From Fulvimarina sp. MAC3 (GTDB lineage Bacteria; Pseudomonadota; Alphaproteobacteria; Rhizobiales; Rhizobiaceae): a stretch of DNA of 64,000 nt. Of the stretch, positions 40,381 through 50,025 are shown piece by piece (position 1 is the stretch's first letter; every line of letters starts with the position of its first letter). The translations under genes and the position numbers were made by a program. The stretch is taken from contig NZ_JBDJAC010000011.1 in the NCBI RefSeq assembly GCF_039652615.1, forward strand, positions 15,744 through 79,743. Reading direction: 5' to 3'. Under the pieces are notes generated by a model, which was given only the letters and a program-made list of their open reading frames with translations, made no database searches and had not been told where the DNA came from.

Positions 40381-41805
40381 GTGGACCATTTCGATCTTCT
40401 GGTGATCGGCAGCGGGCCGTCCGGCCGCCGGGCGGCGATCCAGGCTGCCAAGCTTGATCGCAGCGTTCTGGTCGTGGAGCGGGGCCGGCGCGTCGGCGGC
40501 GTTTCGGTGCATACCGGCACGATCCCGTCGAAGACGATCCGCGAGACGGCGCTCAATCTCTCCGGTTGGCGCGAGCGGGGCTTTTATGGTCGCTCCTACC
40601 GGGTCAAGAAGGACATCACCGCCGGCGATCTGCGCGAGCGGCTGCACAAGACCCTGACCCATGAGGTCGAGGTGCTCGAACACCAGTTCGCGCGCAACAA
40701 GGTCACGACGCTTCGCGGCGAAGCCCGCTTCGTCGATCCGCACACGGTGGAGGTCGAATCGGAAACCGGCGACATCAAGCACTTTTCCGCCGACAGCTTC
40801 ATGATCGCGGTCGGAACGCAGCCTTTCCGGCCGGACTACATCCCCTTCGATGGGGAGCGCATCTTCGACAGCGACGAAATTCTGGAGCTGCCCGAACTGC
40901 CGCGCTCCATGGCCGTCATCGGAGCCGGCGTGATCGGCGTCGAATACGCCTCGATCTTCAATTCGCTGGATGTGAAAGTGACACTGGTCGAGCCGCGCCA
41001 GACCATGCTCGACTTCATCGACGAGGATATTCTCGACGATTTCACTTACGATCTGAGGGATCGGGGCGTGGCCATGCGGTTCGGCCAGAAGGTGGAGGCG
41101 GTCACGCGCGAGGGCGATGGCTGCGAGATTTCGCTCGAAGGCAGCCGCAAGGTTCGCTCGCAGATGGTGCTCTTTGCCGCCGGGCGCATGGGCTCCACAG
41201 ATCGTCTCGGCCTCGAGGCGGCCGGTCTATCCGCCGATCATCGCGGTCGCCTGTCGGTCGATCCGAAGACGCTCCAGACATCCGTGCCGCATATCTATGC
41301 CGCGGGCGATGTGATCGGTTTTCCGAGCCTTGCCTCCACCTCCATGGAACAGGGCCGGATCGCCGCCTGCCATGCACTCGGGGCACCGGCTCAGGAACCG
41401 CCGGTCTTCTTTCCATACGGGATCTATTCGGTGCCTGAGATCTCGACGGTCGGGATGTCCGAAAAGGAAGTCAACGAGCGGCACATCCCCTACGAGGTGG
41501 GCATTGCCCGCCTGCGCGAGACCTCGCGCGGCCACATCATGGGCATCGATTCAGGCATGCTGAAGATGCTGTTCTCCCTCAAGACGCGCCGGCTTCTCGG
41601 CTGCCACATCGTCGGCGAGGGTGCGACGGAGCTGATCCATATCGGACAGGCCGTGCTCAATCTCAAAGGCACGCTGGACTACTTCGTCGAGAACACGTTC
41701 AACTATCCAACGCTCGCCGAAGCCTACAAGATCGCCGCGCTCGATGCCTATAACCGGATGGGCGATGCGAAGGTGGCCGAGGTCAGCGACATGCCGGCGG
41801 AGTAG
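40381..41805 (+). CDS. sthA: Soluble pyridine nucleotide transhydrogenase (Si-specific NAD(P)+ transhydrogenase)
   Basis: About 474 aa from a GTG start ([24 protein letters not shown]…). Two Rossmann GxGxxG motifs and a dimerisation domain. Closer to SthA than to Lpd: no redox-active CxxxxC was seen. Confidence 0.75.
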   Translation: MDHFDLLVIGSGPSGRRAAIQAAKLDRSVLVVERGRRVGGVSVHTGTIPSKTIRETALNLSGWRERGFYGRSYRVKKDITAGDLRERLHKTLTHEVEVLEHQFARNKVTTLRGEARFVDPHTVEVESETGDIKHFSADSFMIAVGTQPFRPDYIPFDGERIFDSDEILELPELPRSMAVIGAGVIGVEYASIFNSLDVKVTLVEPRQTMLDFIDEDILDDFTYDLRDRGVAMRFGQKVEAVTREGDGCEISLEGSRKVRSQMVLFAAGRMGSTDRLGLEAAGLSADHRGRLSVDPKTLQTSVPHIYAAGDVIGFPSLASTSMEQGRIAACHALGAPAQEPPVFFPYGIYSVPEISTVGMSEKEVNERHIPYEVGIARLRETSRGHIMGIDSGMLKMLFSLKTRRLLGCHIVGEGATELIHIGQAVLNLKGTLDYFVENTFNYPTLAEAYKIAALDAYNRMGDAKVAEVSDMPAE

Positions 41806-41974
41806 GGCGAGAGGCGGCGAAACGTTCCGGCCATCATGGGCTGGCTTGCGGACCATGTTCGCGGGGCATGCCGCGACAAGAGAGGACGGCGCGCGCTCGT
41901 TAAACATCTTGCAGGAATAACGCGCCACTGGATTGATAAGCCTACCGTTTAACGTGCAGGATCGCGATGGCGTC

Positions 41975-42670
41975 ATGCAAAGGGGTAGGCGAATGGGACA
42001 CTTGGCGAATTCTGCTCGGCTCGCAGCAGGGCGATCTGTCCCCACGTTTCGCGCCTCTGGCGGACAGTCCTGCCACCGCCATTTTCTCCGTGGGCTCGCG
42101 TGCCTATCCATTCTTACGATGACGGCCTGCGTCGCCCCTCGTTCGCAGGTCTCGACCAGCTATTACGAGGTTTCCGGTCAAACATCGGACCAGTTGGTTC
42201 GGGATATCGCCCGCAAGGCACCCAACAACGGCAAATGGTTTGCCATGGTGTCGATCCAATTTGTTCCCGTCGCTCTGGAGCCGGATCTTCGCGGCGGCAT
42301 GTGTCGCTTCAAGCGCGTACGCTTGAGGGTGAAGGCAGATATCACCTTGCCTCTCTGGCGAGAGAGGAACTTCGCCAAGAGCAAAGACCTTCGTCAGGGG
42401 TGGGACGGGCATGCGGAATATGCGCGCATCCACGAGGACTTCCACGTCAAGATTGCAGAGTTGTTCGCTCGAAAAATGGAGAGTTCACTTCTCGCCCTTC
42501 CTGCGCATCGCAACTGCAAGGAACTTGGGGCGAGTGCGACCAAAATTGTCAGACGTCTGCATCAGTTGCATGGGAAGGCCCAGGACGAATTCGACGAGCT
42601 GGAGGAGAAACGCATCACTCGCCTGATCGCCGCTTCCAAACGAGCGAGGCGTGCGGGCCGTGGCCGATAA
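41975..42670 (+). CDS. DUF922-like secreted protein with an HExxH motif (putative Zn metallopeptidase); start uncertain
   Basis: Signal-like LACLSILTMTACVAP. Conserved YYEVSGQTSDQLVRDIARKAP…WFAMVSIQF pattern of DUF922. HEDFH at …YARIHEDFHVKIAE. Basic C-terminus. Locally low GC. Confidence 0.55.
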   Translation: MQRGRRMGHLANSARLAAGRSVPTFRASGGQSCHRHFLRGLACLSILTMTACVAPRSQVSTSYYEVSGQTSDQLVRDIARKAPNNGKWFAMVSIQFVPVALEPDLRGGMCRFKRVRLRVKADITLPLWRERNFAKSKDLRQGWDGHAEYARIHEDFHVKIAELFARKMESSLLALPAHRNCKELGASATKIVRRLHQLHGKAQDEFDELEEKRITRLIAASKRARRAGRGR

Positions 42671-42740
42671 TGGAACTTGCAAGGCCTGTCCTCGAAAACG
42701 CGTGGCTGTAATTGCTCAGAGATCGAACAAGAGACGGACG

Positions 42741-43199
42741 ATGCTGCGAATGTTTCTGGAGGGGCGAGCATCCCGGACCTTCCTGGCGATCAGTGTCGCG
42801 TTTCTCACGCCGATGTCTTTCTCCGGTGTGGACGCGGCTCTGGCGCAGCCCGTGGAGCAGCAATCCTTCATGAAGCTCGGTAAGCCCCTCAAGATCGACA
42901 GGCGGATGCGCGATTATACTCAGAAACTCGTCCATCGAAGCTTGAGCCGGGAGCACATCTTCGGACTGTCACCGCAAGCGGTTCATGTGGAGCGGCTGAC
43001 TGCACGATCCTTCGACATGGAAGCCCTCACTTGCGGGATTGTCACTGTTCATCGGAGTGGTGGCGCGTCCCGACCGAGGCCCTTCTGGATATGGACGTAC
43101 TTTGCCGGACCCCGGCGCGGCGAAGCCGACGTGGTCATCGCAGAGTCGTTTAAGACCGTTCAAGGACGCTCGCTGGCTAGGGGGTGTGGCTTCCGCTGA
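42741..43199 (+). CDS. Hypothetical secreted protein
   Basis: About 153 aa from MLRMFLEGRASRTFLAISVAFLTPMSFSGVDAALAQP (signal peptide); no recognisable family; within the same low-GC islet. Confidence 0.45.
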   Translation: MLRMFLEGRASRTFLAISVAFLTPMSFSGVDAALAQPVEQQSFMKLGKPLKIDRRMRDYTQKLVHRSLSREHIFGLSPQAVHVERLTARSFDMEALTCGIVTVHRSGGASRPRPFWIWTYFAGPRRGEADVVIAESFKTVQGRSLARGCGFR

Positions 43200-43313
43200 T
43201 GCGGTCAGGACACGAGATTGGTCCCGACCCGCCGAATTTGGTCCGGTATCCTTATGCCTGTAGTATGGCGAGGACCGCCGCGACCGCTTCGAAGCCATCG
43301 GGAACCGCTATCC

Positions 43314-44504
43314 GTGTCCAAGCTGCCCGCCTTCCTCTGCGCTTTTCTTTGCCTCGCCCTGCCGGCCTCCGCCGATACCGCAGGCAGGATCGCCTCCATG
43401 GCGCCTTCGGGACTGGTGCTCGTGCTGGACGAGGACGGCAAGGATCTGGTGGACCAGAACACGCAAGAGCCCTTCGTGCCGGCCTCCGTCGCCAAGGTCG
43501 TCACCGCCTGGCTCGCGATGGAGGTGCTGGGCGGCGATTATCGTTTCAAGACGCGCTTTTATCTGGACGAGGATCGGGTGCTCTATGTGCGCGGCGGCGG
43601 CGATCCGTTTCTGGTTTCGGAGGAGCTGGCCCTTCTTGCGCCGAAGCTCGTCGAAGCTGTCGGCGATGAGCCGCTGGCCGGCATGATGCTCGATGCGAGC
43701 TATTATCCGGACGATCTCCGCATACCGGGGATCGAGGACACCGACGAGGCCTATGATGCGCGCAATTCGGCCTTCGCCGTGAACTTCAACACCATCAACG
43801 CCGTCCGGCGCGGGGATACGGTTTCTTCGGCCGAGGAGCAGACGCCGATCACGCCGCTCGCGATCGAACAGTTTCTTGCGCGGGGTCCAGCGGGACGAGG
43901 GCGCATCAGCCTTGCCCAGGAGGACCCGGAGGTGAGCCTCCTTTATGCGGGCGAACTCCTGAAAGCCTTCATCGAACGGGCTAGCGGAACGGTGGAGGGC
44001 ACGCTGACAATCGGGAGCGTGCCGGAGGGGCTTGAGCCGGTCTATGTGCACGAGCAGTCGCGGTCTTTGTCCGAGATCGTCTCGCAGATGCTGCTCGGCT
44101 CCAACAATTATATCGCGAACCAGATCTTCCTGGAAATGGGTGCCCATGAGAAGGGCGGTCCCGTCAGCCTCGAAAAATCGCTCGAAGTCGCAAAAGACCG
44201 TCTCGCCGAAAATGGTCTTGCCGATGACATCGAGCTGGTCGAAGGATCAGGGATCAGCCGCGAGAACCGGTTCACCGCACGAGGCCTTGCCCGCCTGCTC
44301 GACGACTTCCGGCCCCATGCGGACCTCTTACGCGCAACGAGCGCGGGCTCCCGCTACAAGACGGGCACGTTTTCGGGCGTTCGCACGCTCGCAGGCTTTG
44401 CGAAGACCTCCGAACACGGCAACGCGCCCTTCGTCATCTCGCTGCCGGGCCAGACCGGCAAGCTGCGTTTCCGTATTCTCTCGGTGATCGAGCGCGGCTT
44501 TTGA
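43314..44504 (+). CDS. D-alanyl-D-alanine carboxypeptidase/endopeptidase (PBP4/DacB-like, peptidase S13); start estimated
   Basis: Signal peptide VSKLPAFLCAFLCLALPASA. Active-site motifs SxxK (PASVAKV), SxN (GSNNYIANQ), KTG (YKTGTFSG). Confidence 0.7.
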   Translation: MSKLPAFLCAFLCLALPASADTAGRIASMAPSGLVLVLDEDGKDLVDQNTQEPFVPASVAKVVTAWLAMEVLGGDYRFKTRFYLDEDRVLYVRGGGDPFLVSEELALLAPKLVEAVGDEPLAGMMLDASYYPDDLRIPGIEDTDEAYDARNSAFAVNFNTINAVRRGDTVSSAEEQTPITPLAIEQFLARGPAGRGRISLAQEDPEVSLLYAGELLKAFIERASGTVEGTLTIGSVPEGLEPVYVHEQSRSLSEIVSQMLLGSNNYIANQIFLEMGAHEKGGPVSLEKSLEVAKDRLAENGLADDIELVEGSGISRENRFTARGLARLLDDFRPHADLLRATSAGSRYKTGTFSGVRTLAGFAKTSEHGNAPFVISLPGQTGKLRFRILSVIERGF

Positions 44505-44610
44505 TGCGACGTCCGGCTGATTCATTCGGGCTCCGAAGCGAAGCCCGCGCGGCACTTGGGCAATTTCGAAATCCATCGCCGCGAAGCGATCGAACGGATC
44601 TCGCATGAAG
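44505..44610. repeat. Family-B intergenic mosaic repeat
   Basis: tgcgacgtccggctgattcattcgggctccgaagcgaagcccgcgcggcacttgggcaatttcgaaatccatcgccgcgaagcgatcgaacggatctcgcatgaagc. Confidence 0.75.
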
Positions 44611-45642
44611 CTACTTCCCGTTGCCCCAATGGCGGCCGGTCGTCTCCAGCCCGAAGAAGCGGGGTGAGCGGGCGAAGGCGGCAAGGCCGGCAAGGGCCGG
44701 CTGAGGCTCGGTGATGACGTAGAGCGGAATCTCGCGCATCAGCTTCGAATGGGGCGCCTTGTCCTCGAAGGCCTGCCGCATCTTGCCATGGTCCACCAGC
44801 TTCATGATGCGTTTGAAGATACCGCCCGCGATATAGACGCCGCCGCGCGCGATGAAGATCAAGGCAACGTCTCCGGCCATCCGGCCGAGATAGATCGAGA
44901 AAAGGTCCACCGCCTCGCGGGCCTGAGGATCGTTTCCAGCCTCCACCGCCTGGGTCACGTCGGCGGGCTTTGCATGGACCGGCTCCACATCGTCGGCCTT
45001 GCAGATCGCCTGATAGAGATTCACGAGGCCGCGCCCGCACAGGATCTGTTCGCCGGAAACGCGCCCCTCGATCGTCCTGATATGCGGCCAGATCGCCCGG
45101 TCGCGTTCGGTGCGCGCACCGAGATCGATATGACCGCCTTCGCCGGCAACGGGAATCCACATATTGCGGGCGCGCACGAGACCGGCAACGCCAAGGCCCG
45201 TGCCAGGGCCGAGAACGGCGCGGCTCGCGCCCTCCCGGTGGATGCCGTGTCCGATCTCTTCGCGTGCGTCCTCGCCGAGCGAGGAAATCGCGAGAGCCTG
45301 CGCCTCGAAATCGTTGATGACGACGACCTCTTCGAGCCCCAGATCGGCGATCATGCGCCGCGGATGGATCACCCAGTGGCAGTTGGTGAGATCGATCTCG
45401 TCGCCGTCGATCGGCCCCGCAATGGCGAGGACCGCGCTCTTGGGCTGAATGGACGTGCGGTCCAGAACATTCGCCTGGATCGCCGCGTCGATCGTCTCGA
45501 ACTTCTCGGTTTCGGCGATCTCGAAGAACTTCGGTTCGGCGAAGGCGTCCTTCAGGATGGCGAAGCGGGCATTGGTGCCGCCGATATCCCCGATCAGGAT
45601 CGGAAACTTCAGGAACGTGTCTGGTTGGCGCCGCGATGCCAT
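44611..45642 (-). CDS. glk: Glucokinase
   Basis: About 343 aa from [29 protein letters not shown]… (ROK/glucokinase N-terminal ATP motif). Confidence 0.85.
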   Translation of the reverse strand: MASRRQPDTFLKFPILIGDIGGTNARFAILKDAFAEPKFFEIAETEKFETIDAAIQANVLDRTSIQPKSAVLAIAGPIDGDEIDLTNCHWVIHPRRMIADLGLEEVVVINDFEAQALAISSLGEDAREEIGHGIHREGASRAVLGPGTGLGVAGLVRARNMWIPVAGEGGHIDLGARTERDRAIWPHIRTIEGRVSGEQILCGRGLVNLYQAICKADDVEPVHAKPADVTQAVEAGNDPQAREAVDLFSIYLGRMAGDVALIFIARGGVYIAGGIFKRIMKLVDHGKMRQAFEDKAPHSKLMREIPLYVITEPQPALAGLAAFARSPRFFGLETTGRHWGNGK

Positions 45643-45736
45643 GTCGATATTCCCATTTTGATCATACGAGCATTTAGCCGGCCCGAGCCGAAAGGCAAAG
45701 CGCGTAAAACGGCCAGTCAAGGCCTTCCGTTCGCCG

Positions 45737-46681
45737 TCAGCGGTCGGGGCGTGGTTTCGGCAGCGGGATGTCGCCGAGATCGGGCGTCAAAGCAGCCAGC
45801 GCCGGTGCGCCGCCGGGCCCGGCTGTCAGGACTCTCTGGCAGGCACGGGGAAGATCCGCCATGGTGAGGTCCGGCTTCGGCTTGTAGGGTTTGGCGTTCG
45901 GCGGGGGCGGCTGCAAGGCGACGTCGAACCACCAGTCGAGATCGCCGCAGCCATCGCCGCTGCCTGTCGAGCGCTGTGGTTCGCAATTGGGCGAGCCCGG
46001 CTGGCAGAAGAGACGGACGTGAAAATGGGAGTCATGCCCGTAATAGGGACGGATCTTGTTCAGCCAGCGCCGGTCGCCACGCGTCGTCTCGCAAAGCTTC
46101 TTCTTGATGCCGGGATGGACGAGAATGCGCTGGACGCGTTCATCGCTCGCCGCAAGATGGATGAGATCGCGATAGCTGTCGTCCCAGATGGTGTCGTCGA
46201 CGGTGAGCTTGCCGTCCTTCAGAACCGAGCGGAACGGATAATCCTCCCGCGCGTCTGGGCTCAACCGCTCACCGGGCAGCGGCCGCAGCCAGACATCCGC
46301 ATCGAGACCGACCTGGTGGGAGGAATGGCCGAAGGGCATCGGTCCGCCCCGCGCCATGGACATGTCGCCGAAGAGAACGCCCGGCCAGATGCCCTGGCGC
46401 TTGGCCTTGGTGGCGAAATCCTTCAGGAAGGAAACGAGGACCGGGTGCCCCCAGCGCCGGTCACGCGATAGGCGCATGGCCTGCCATGCTTCACCGTCCG
46501 CCGGAAGCTGAGCGGCGCCCGCAAGGCAGCCCTTGGAATAAAAGCCGATGCTTTCAGTGGGCAGCGGCGCCGGGGACCGGGCGGTTTCGAAGAGTGTCTT
46601 CGCGGCGGGTTCCGCCGAGGCTGTCAGGGGCGAGAGGCTCAACGCGCAGCCAAGGACGACCGATTTGGGCCATGCCAACAT
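45737..46681 (-). CDS. mepA: Penicillin-insensitive murein endopeptidase MepA (peptidase M74)
   Basis: Signal peptide [23 protein letters not shown]. Zn ligand regions [15 protein letters not shown] and HDSHFHVRL. Confidence 0.8.
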   Translation of the reverse strand: MLAWPKSVVLGCALSLSPLTASAEPAAKTLFETARSPAPLPTESIGFYSKGCLAGAAQLPADGEAWQAMRLSRDRRWGHPVLVSFLKDFATKAKRQGIWPGVLFGDMSMARGGPMPFGHSSHQVGLDADVWLRPLPGERLSPDAREDYPFRSVLKDGKLTVDDTIWDDSYRDLIHLAASDERVQRILVHPGIKKKLCETTRGDRRWLNKIRPYYGHDSHFHVRLFCQPGSPNCEPQRSTGSGDGCGDLDWWFDVALQPPPPNAKPYKPKPDLTMADLPRACQRVLTAGPGGAPALAALTPDLGDIPLPKPRPDR

Positions 46682-46868
46682 ATTCCTTGAAACGCCCATG
46701 CTTTGCCTCGTCGATCCGTCTCGCCGCGCCGAAATTCGGCTAACCGGAAAGAGCTTGGAGCCCTCGGTATCGCGGCACTTGAGAACGGGAATGGCGAAGA
46801 GGTTCGTCGAAACGATGACGGCCCGGATCGAAATCCGGGCCCCCATCTGCAGTCTGCTTTGCGAAGGT

Positions 46869-47873
46869 TCAGGCCACGAGCATGGTCCTGATCGCGGACA
46901 GGTCCTTCAGCGGGGTTGCGGGACGCGCGCCGATCTTCTCGATGATGTGCGCGGCACATTCGACGCCGAGGCGGCCGCAGATCTCGCTCGGCATGCCGTC
47001 GATGTAACCCTTGAGGAAACCGCCGGCGAAGGCATCGCCCGCCCCCGTCGCATCGACGACCTTCTCCACCTTGCGCGCCGGCACCACCGTGCGGGTCTGA
47101 CCTTCGACCACGATGCAGCCCTTCTCGCTGCGCGTGACGACGGCGAGCCTGGGCGCGTCGCGGCCAAGGCCGTCGAGAGCGTCGTCGAGATTGTCGGTCT
47201 CGTAGAGCGACAGGGCCTCGGCCTCGTTGGCAAAGACGATATCGACCGTGCCGGAGCGCAAAAGATCGAGGAATTCGGCGCGGTAACGCTCGACGCAGAA
47301 GGAGTCCGACAGGCTCATGGCGACCTGGTTGCCGGCCTCGTGGGCGATCTTCGCAGCTTTGACGATCGCTTCCTTGGCGCGGGGCGGGTCCCAGAGATAG
47401 CCCTCGAAATAGGTGATCTTCGAGCCCTTCACGAGTTCCTCGTCGATGTCCTCGGGGCCGAGTTCGGTGCAGGCGCCGAGAAAGGTGTTCATCGAACGCT
47501 CGCCATCGGGCGTCACGAGGATGAGGCAGCGCGCGGTGGGCTCGCCGTCGCCGCTATTGGGCGCGGTCTCGAAGGTGATACCGATCGAGCGGATGTCGTG
47601 GGTGAAGATCGAGCCGAGCTGATCGTCCGCGACCTTGCCGATATACGCGCCCTTGCCGTCGAGGCTCGTGAAACAGGCGGCCGTGTTCGCCGCGCTTCCG
47701 CCCGATGCCTCCATTCCCGGCGGCATCGCGCCGTAAAGCTGCTCGGCACGGCCTGTGTCGATCAGGGTCATGCCGCCCTTCTGGATGGACTCTGTCGTCA
47801 GAAAGTCCTCGTCGCAATGGGAAATGACGTCGACGATCGCGTTGCCGATGCACAGGAGGTCGGAATTGGCCAT
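46869..47873 (-). CDS. PfkB-family sugar/nucleoside kinase (adenosine-kinase-like)
   Basis: About 334 aa from MANSDLLCIGNAIVDV. Ribokinase-like fold with C-terminal DATGAGDAFAGGFL anion-hole motif. Confidence 0.8.
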   Translation of the reverse strand: MANSDLLCIGNAIVDVISHCDEDFLTTESIQKGGMTLIDTGRAEQLYGAMPPGMEASGGSAANTAACFTSLDGKGAYIGKVADDQLGSIFTHDIRSIGITFETAPNSGDGEPTARCLILVTPDGERSMNTFLGACTELGPEDIDEELVKGSKITYFEGYLWDPPRAKEAIVKAAKIAHEAGNQVAMSLSDSFCVERYRAEFLDLLRSGTVDIVFANEAEALSLYETDNLDDALDGLGRDAPRLAVVTRSEKGCIVVEGQTRTVVPARKVEKVVDATGAGDAFAGGFLKGYIDGMPSEICGRLGVECAAHIIEKIGARPATPLKDLSAIRTMLVA

Positions 47874-48179
47874 GAAGATCCTTGTTGTGTGCGAATGCGC
47901 GTCGCCGTCGGTACTGGCGCCACGCTCGTCTCGATTGCCCGGTTCTGCCATCTCGATACCGAAAGAGAAAAGCTCTGGCTAGGCGAGGGGGCGTAATCGC
48001 TCTTCGGAATGGTCCAGCTGATGGTGCGGGACAGTCTTTCTGCACGCTTGTTAAGCGAACTGACACTGTTCTTTGTCTTCCCAATGTCAAGGAGGCATGA
48101 TAGCGGATGCCGCCATCCTTTTGCACCGCACGCGCGTAGACCCCGCGTGTCGTCCTTAAGGCTCTTCGAAAGGACTGGC

Positions 48180-49682
48180 ATGGCCCGCATCATCGAGACC
48201 GCTACCGGCACCACCGCTCTCACCTTCGACGACGTTCTCCTGCAGCCCGGGCATTCCGAAGTCATGCCCGGCCAGGTCGATGTCGCAACCAAGATCACCC
48301 GCGAAATTGCGCTGAACATTCCGATCCTCTCCGCCGCAATGGACACGGTGACGGAGTCCGGGCTCGCGATCGCGGTGGCCCAGGCGGGCGGCATCGGCGT
48401 CATCCACAGGAATTTCACGCCCGTCGAACAGGCCGAGCAGGTGCGGCAGGTCAAGAAGTTCGAAAGCGGCATGGTCGTCAATCCCGTGACGATCGGCCCA
48501 AAGGCGACGCTCGGCGACGCCCGCGCCCTGATGGCGCAGCATCGCATCTCCGGCATTCCGGTGGTGGACAAGGGCAATCATGGCGGCACGGCGCGCGGCA
48601 AGCTCGTCGGCATCCTGACGAACCGCGACGTGCGCTTTGCCTCCGACGACGATCAGCCGATCCACGAGCTGATGACCAAGGAGGGCCTCGTCACCGTCGA
48701 CGAGAGCGTCACCCAGCAGGAAGCCAAGCGTCTTCTCCATCAGCACCGGATCGAGAAGCTGCTGGTCACGGACGACCAGGGCTTTTGCATCGGCCTCATC
48801 ACGGTGAAGGACATCGAAAAGTCGCAGCTTCACCCGATGGCGGCGAAGGATGCCCAGGGCCGTCTCCTCGCCTCGGCCGCGACCAGTGTCGGCGAAGACG
48901 GTTTCGAGCGGGCCGAACGCCTGATCGATGCCGGCGTCGATCTTCTCGTCATCGACACCGCCCATGGCCATTCCCAGCGGGTGCTCGACATGGTCTCGCG
49001 GGTGAAGGCGCTCTCCAACAGCGTCCAGATCATCGCCGGCAATGTCGCAACGCCGTCCGGCACCAAGGCATTGATCGATGCGGGCGCGGACGGTGTGAAG
49101 GTCGGCATCGGTCCCGGTTCCATCTGCACGACCCGTGTGGTCGCGGGCGTCGGCATGCCACAGCTTGCCGCCGTCATGGGCGCTGCCGAAGAAGCGGCCA
49201 AGCAGAACGTTCCGGTCATCGCCGATGGCGGTATCAAGTTCTCCGGCGATCTTGCCAAGGCGCTCGCGGCCGGCGCGGCCGGCGCCATGGTCGGCTCGCT
49301 GCTTGCCGGCACGGACGAAAGCCCCGGCGAGGTCTATCTCTATCAGGGCCGCTCCTTCAAAGCCTATCGCGGCATGGGCTCGGTCGGCGCGATGGCGCGC
49401 GGCTCGGCCGACCGCTACTTCCAGGCGGAAGTGCGCGACACGCTGAAGCTGGTGCCGGAAGGGATCGAGGGCCAGGTCGCCTATAAGGGGCCGGTTGGCG
49501 GTGTCCTCCACCAGCTCACCGGCGGGCTTCGCGCTGCCATGGGTTATGTGGGCGCGAAGAACCTCGAAGAGTTCCGCAACAAGGCCGAGTTCGTCCGCAT
49601 TTCCAATGCGGGTCTGCGCGAAAGCCATGCCCACGACGTGACGATCACCCGCGAAAGTCCGAACTATCCGACAGGCGGTTAA
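48180..49682 (+). CDS. guaB: Inosine-5'-monophosphate dehydrogenase
   Basis: About 500 aa from [31 protein letters not shown] pair, catalytic loop [20 protein letters not shown], and C-terminal flap. Confidence 0.95.
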   Translation: MARIIETATGTTALTFDDVLLQPGHSEVMPGQVDVATKITREIALNIPILSAAMDTVTESGLAIAVAQAGGIGVIHRNFTPVEQAEQVRQVKKFESGMVVNPVTIGPKATLGDARALMAQHRISGIPVVDKGNHGGTARGKLVGILTNRDVRFASDDDQPIHELMTKEGLVTVDESVTQQEAKRLLHQHRIEKLLVTDDQGFCIGLITVKDIEKSQLHPMAAKDAQGRLLASAATSVGEDGFERAERLIDAGVDLLVIDTAHGHSQRVLDMVSRVKALSNSVQIIAGNVATPSGTKALIDAGADGVKVGIGPGSICTTRVVAGVGMPQLAAVMGAAEEAAKQNVPVIADGGIKFSGDLAKALAAGAAGAMVGSLLAGTDESPGEVYLYQGRSFKAYRGMGSVGAMARGSADRYFQAEVRDTLKLVPEGIEGQVAYKGPVGGVLHQLTGGLRAAMGYVGAKNLEEFRNKAEFVRISNAGLRESHAHDVTITRESPNYPTGG

Positions 49683-49903
49683 GTCCGTATCCGGCTGATC
49701 AAGCCGGGGACGCTATCGAAGCCCGCGCGGCGCCTGAGCGTCGTCAAATCCGTTACCGCGAAGCGATCAAACGGATTTCGTATGAGACCGGCGGACCTTT
49801 GAGACCATCGGTTTCATGGGTCGTCGGCAGCCCGAGCGGCGTTTGAGCCGTTTGCCGGGCGTGGATTGACCCAACGGGTCAATTCATTCGTCCGGCGGTA
49901 TAA
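49683..49903. repeat. Juxtaposed family-B (49683-49785) and family-A (49786-49903) mosaic repeats
   Basis: gtccgtatccggctgatcaagccggggacgctatcgaagcccgcgcggcgcctgagcgtcgtcaaatccgttaccgcgaagcgatcaaacggatttcgtatga, immediately followed by gaccggcggacctttgagaccatcggtttcatgggtcgtcggcagcccgagcggcgtttgagccgtttgccgggcgtggattgacccaacgggtcaattcattcgtccggcggtat. Confidence 0.85.
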
Positions 49904-50025
49904 GTCCGGCGTTTTGAAAGACGAATTTTATACAAATGGCCCCTGGAAAGATCTGCTTTCCAGGGGCCATTCGTTGTTTGGGCAAGCTTCACTCAGCCGC
50001 CCGGCTTCTGCCATCGGGCGCCTGA

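Noticed and set aside
39241-40782. 513-aa minus-strand ORF and a 287-aa plus-strand ORF over gshB
   Set aside because: These are alternate frame and antisense of gshB, whose N-terminus aligns with E. coli GshB, and they are Arg/Gly/Pro-rich.
46548-47996. 482-aa plus-strand ORF
   Set aside because: It is antisense to the PfkB kinase and the MepA start region.
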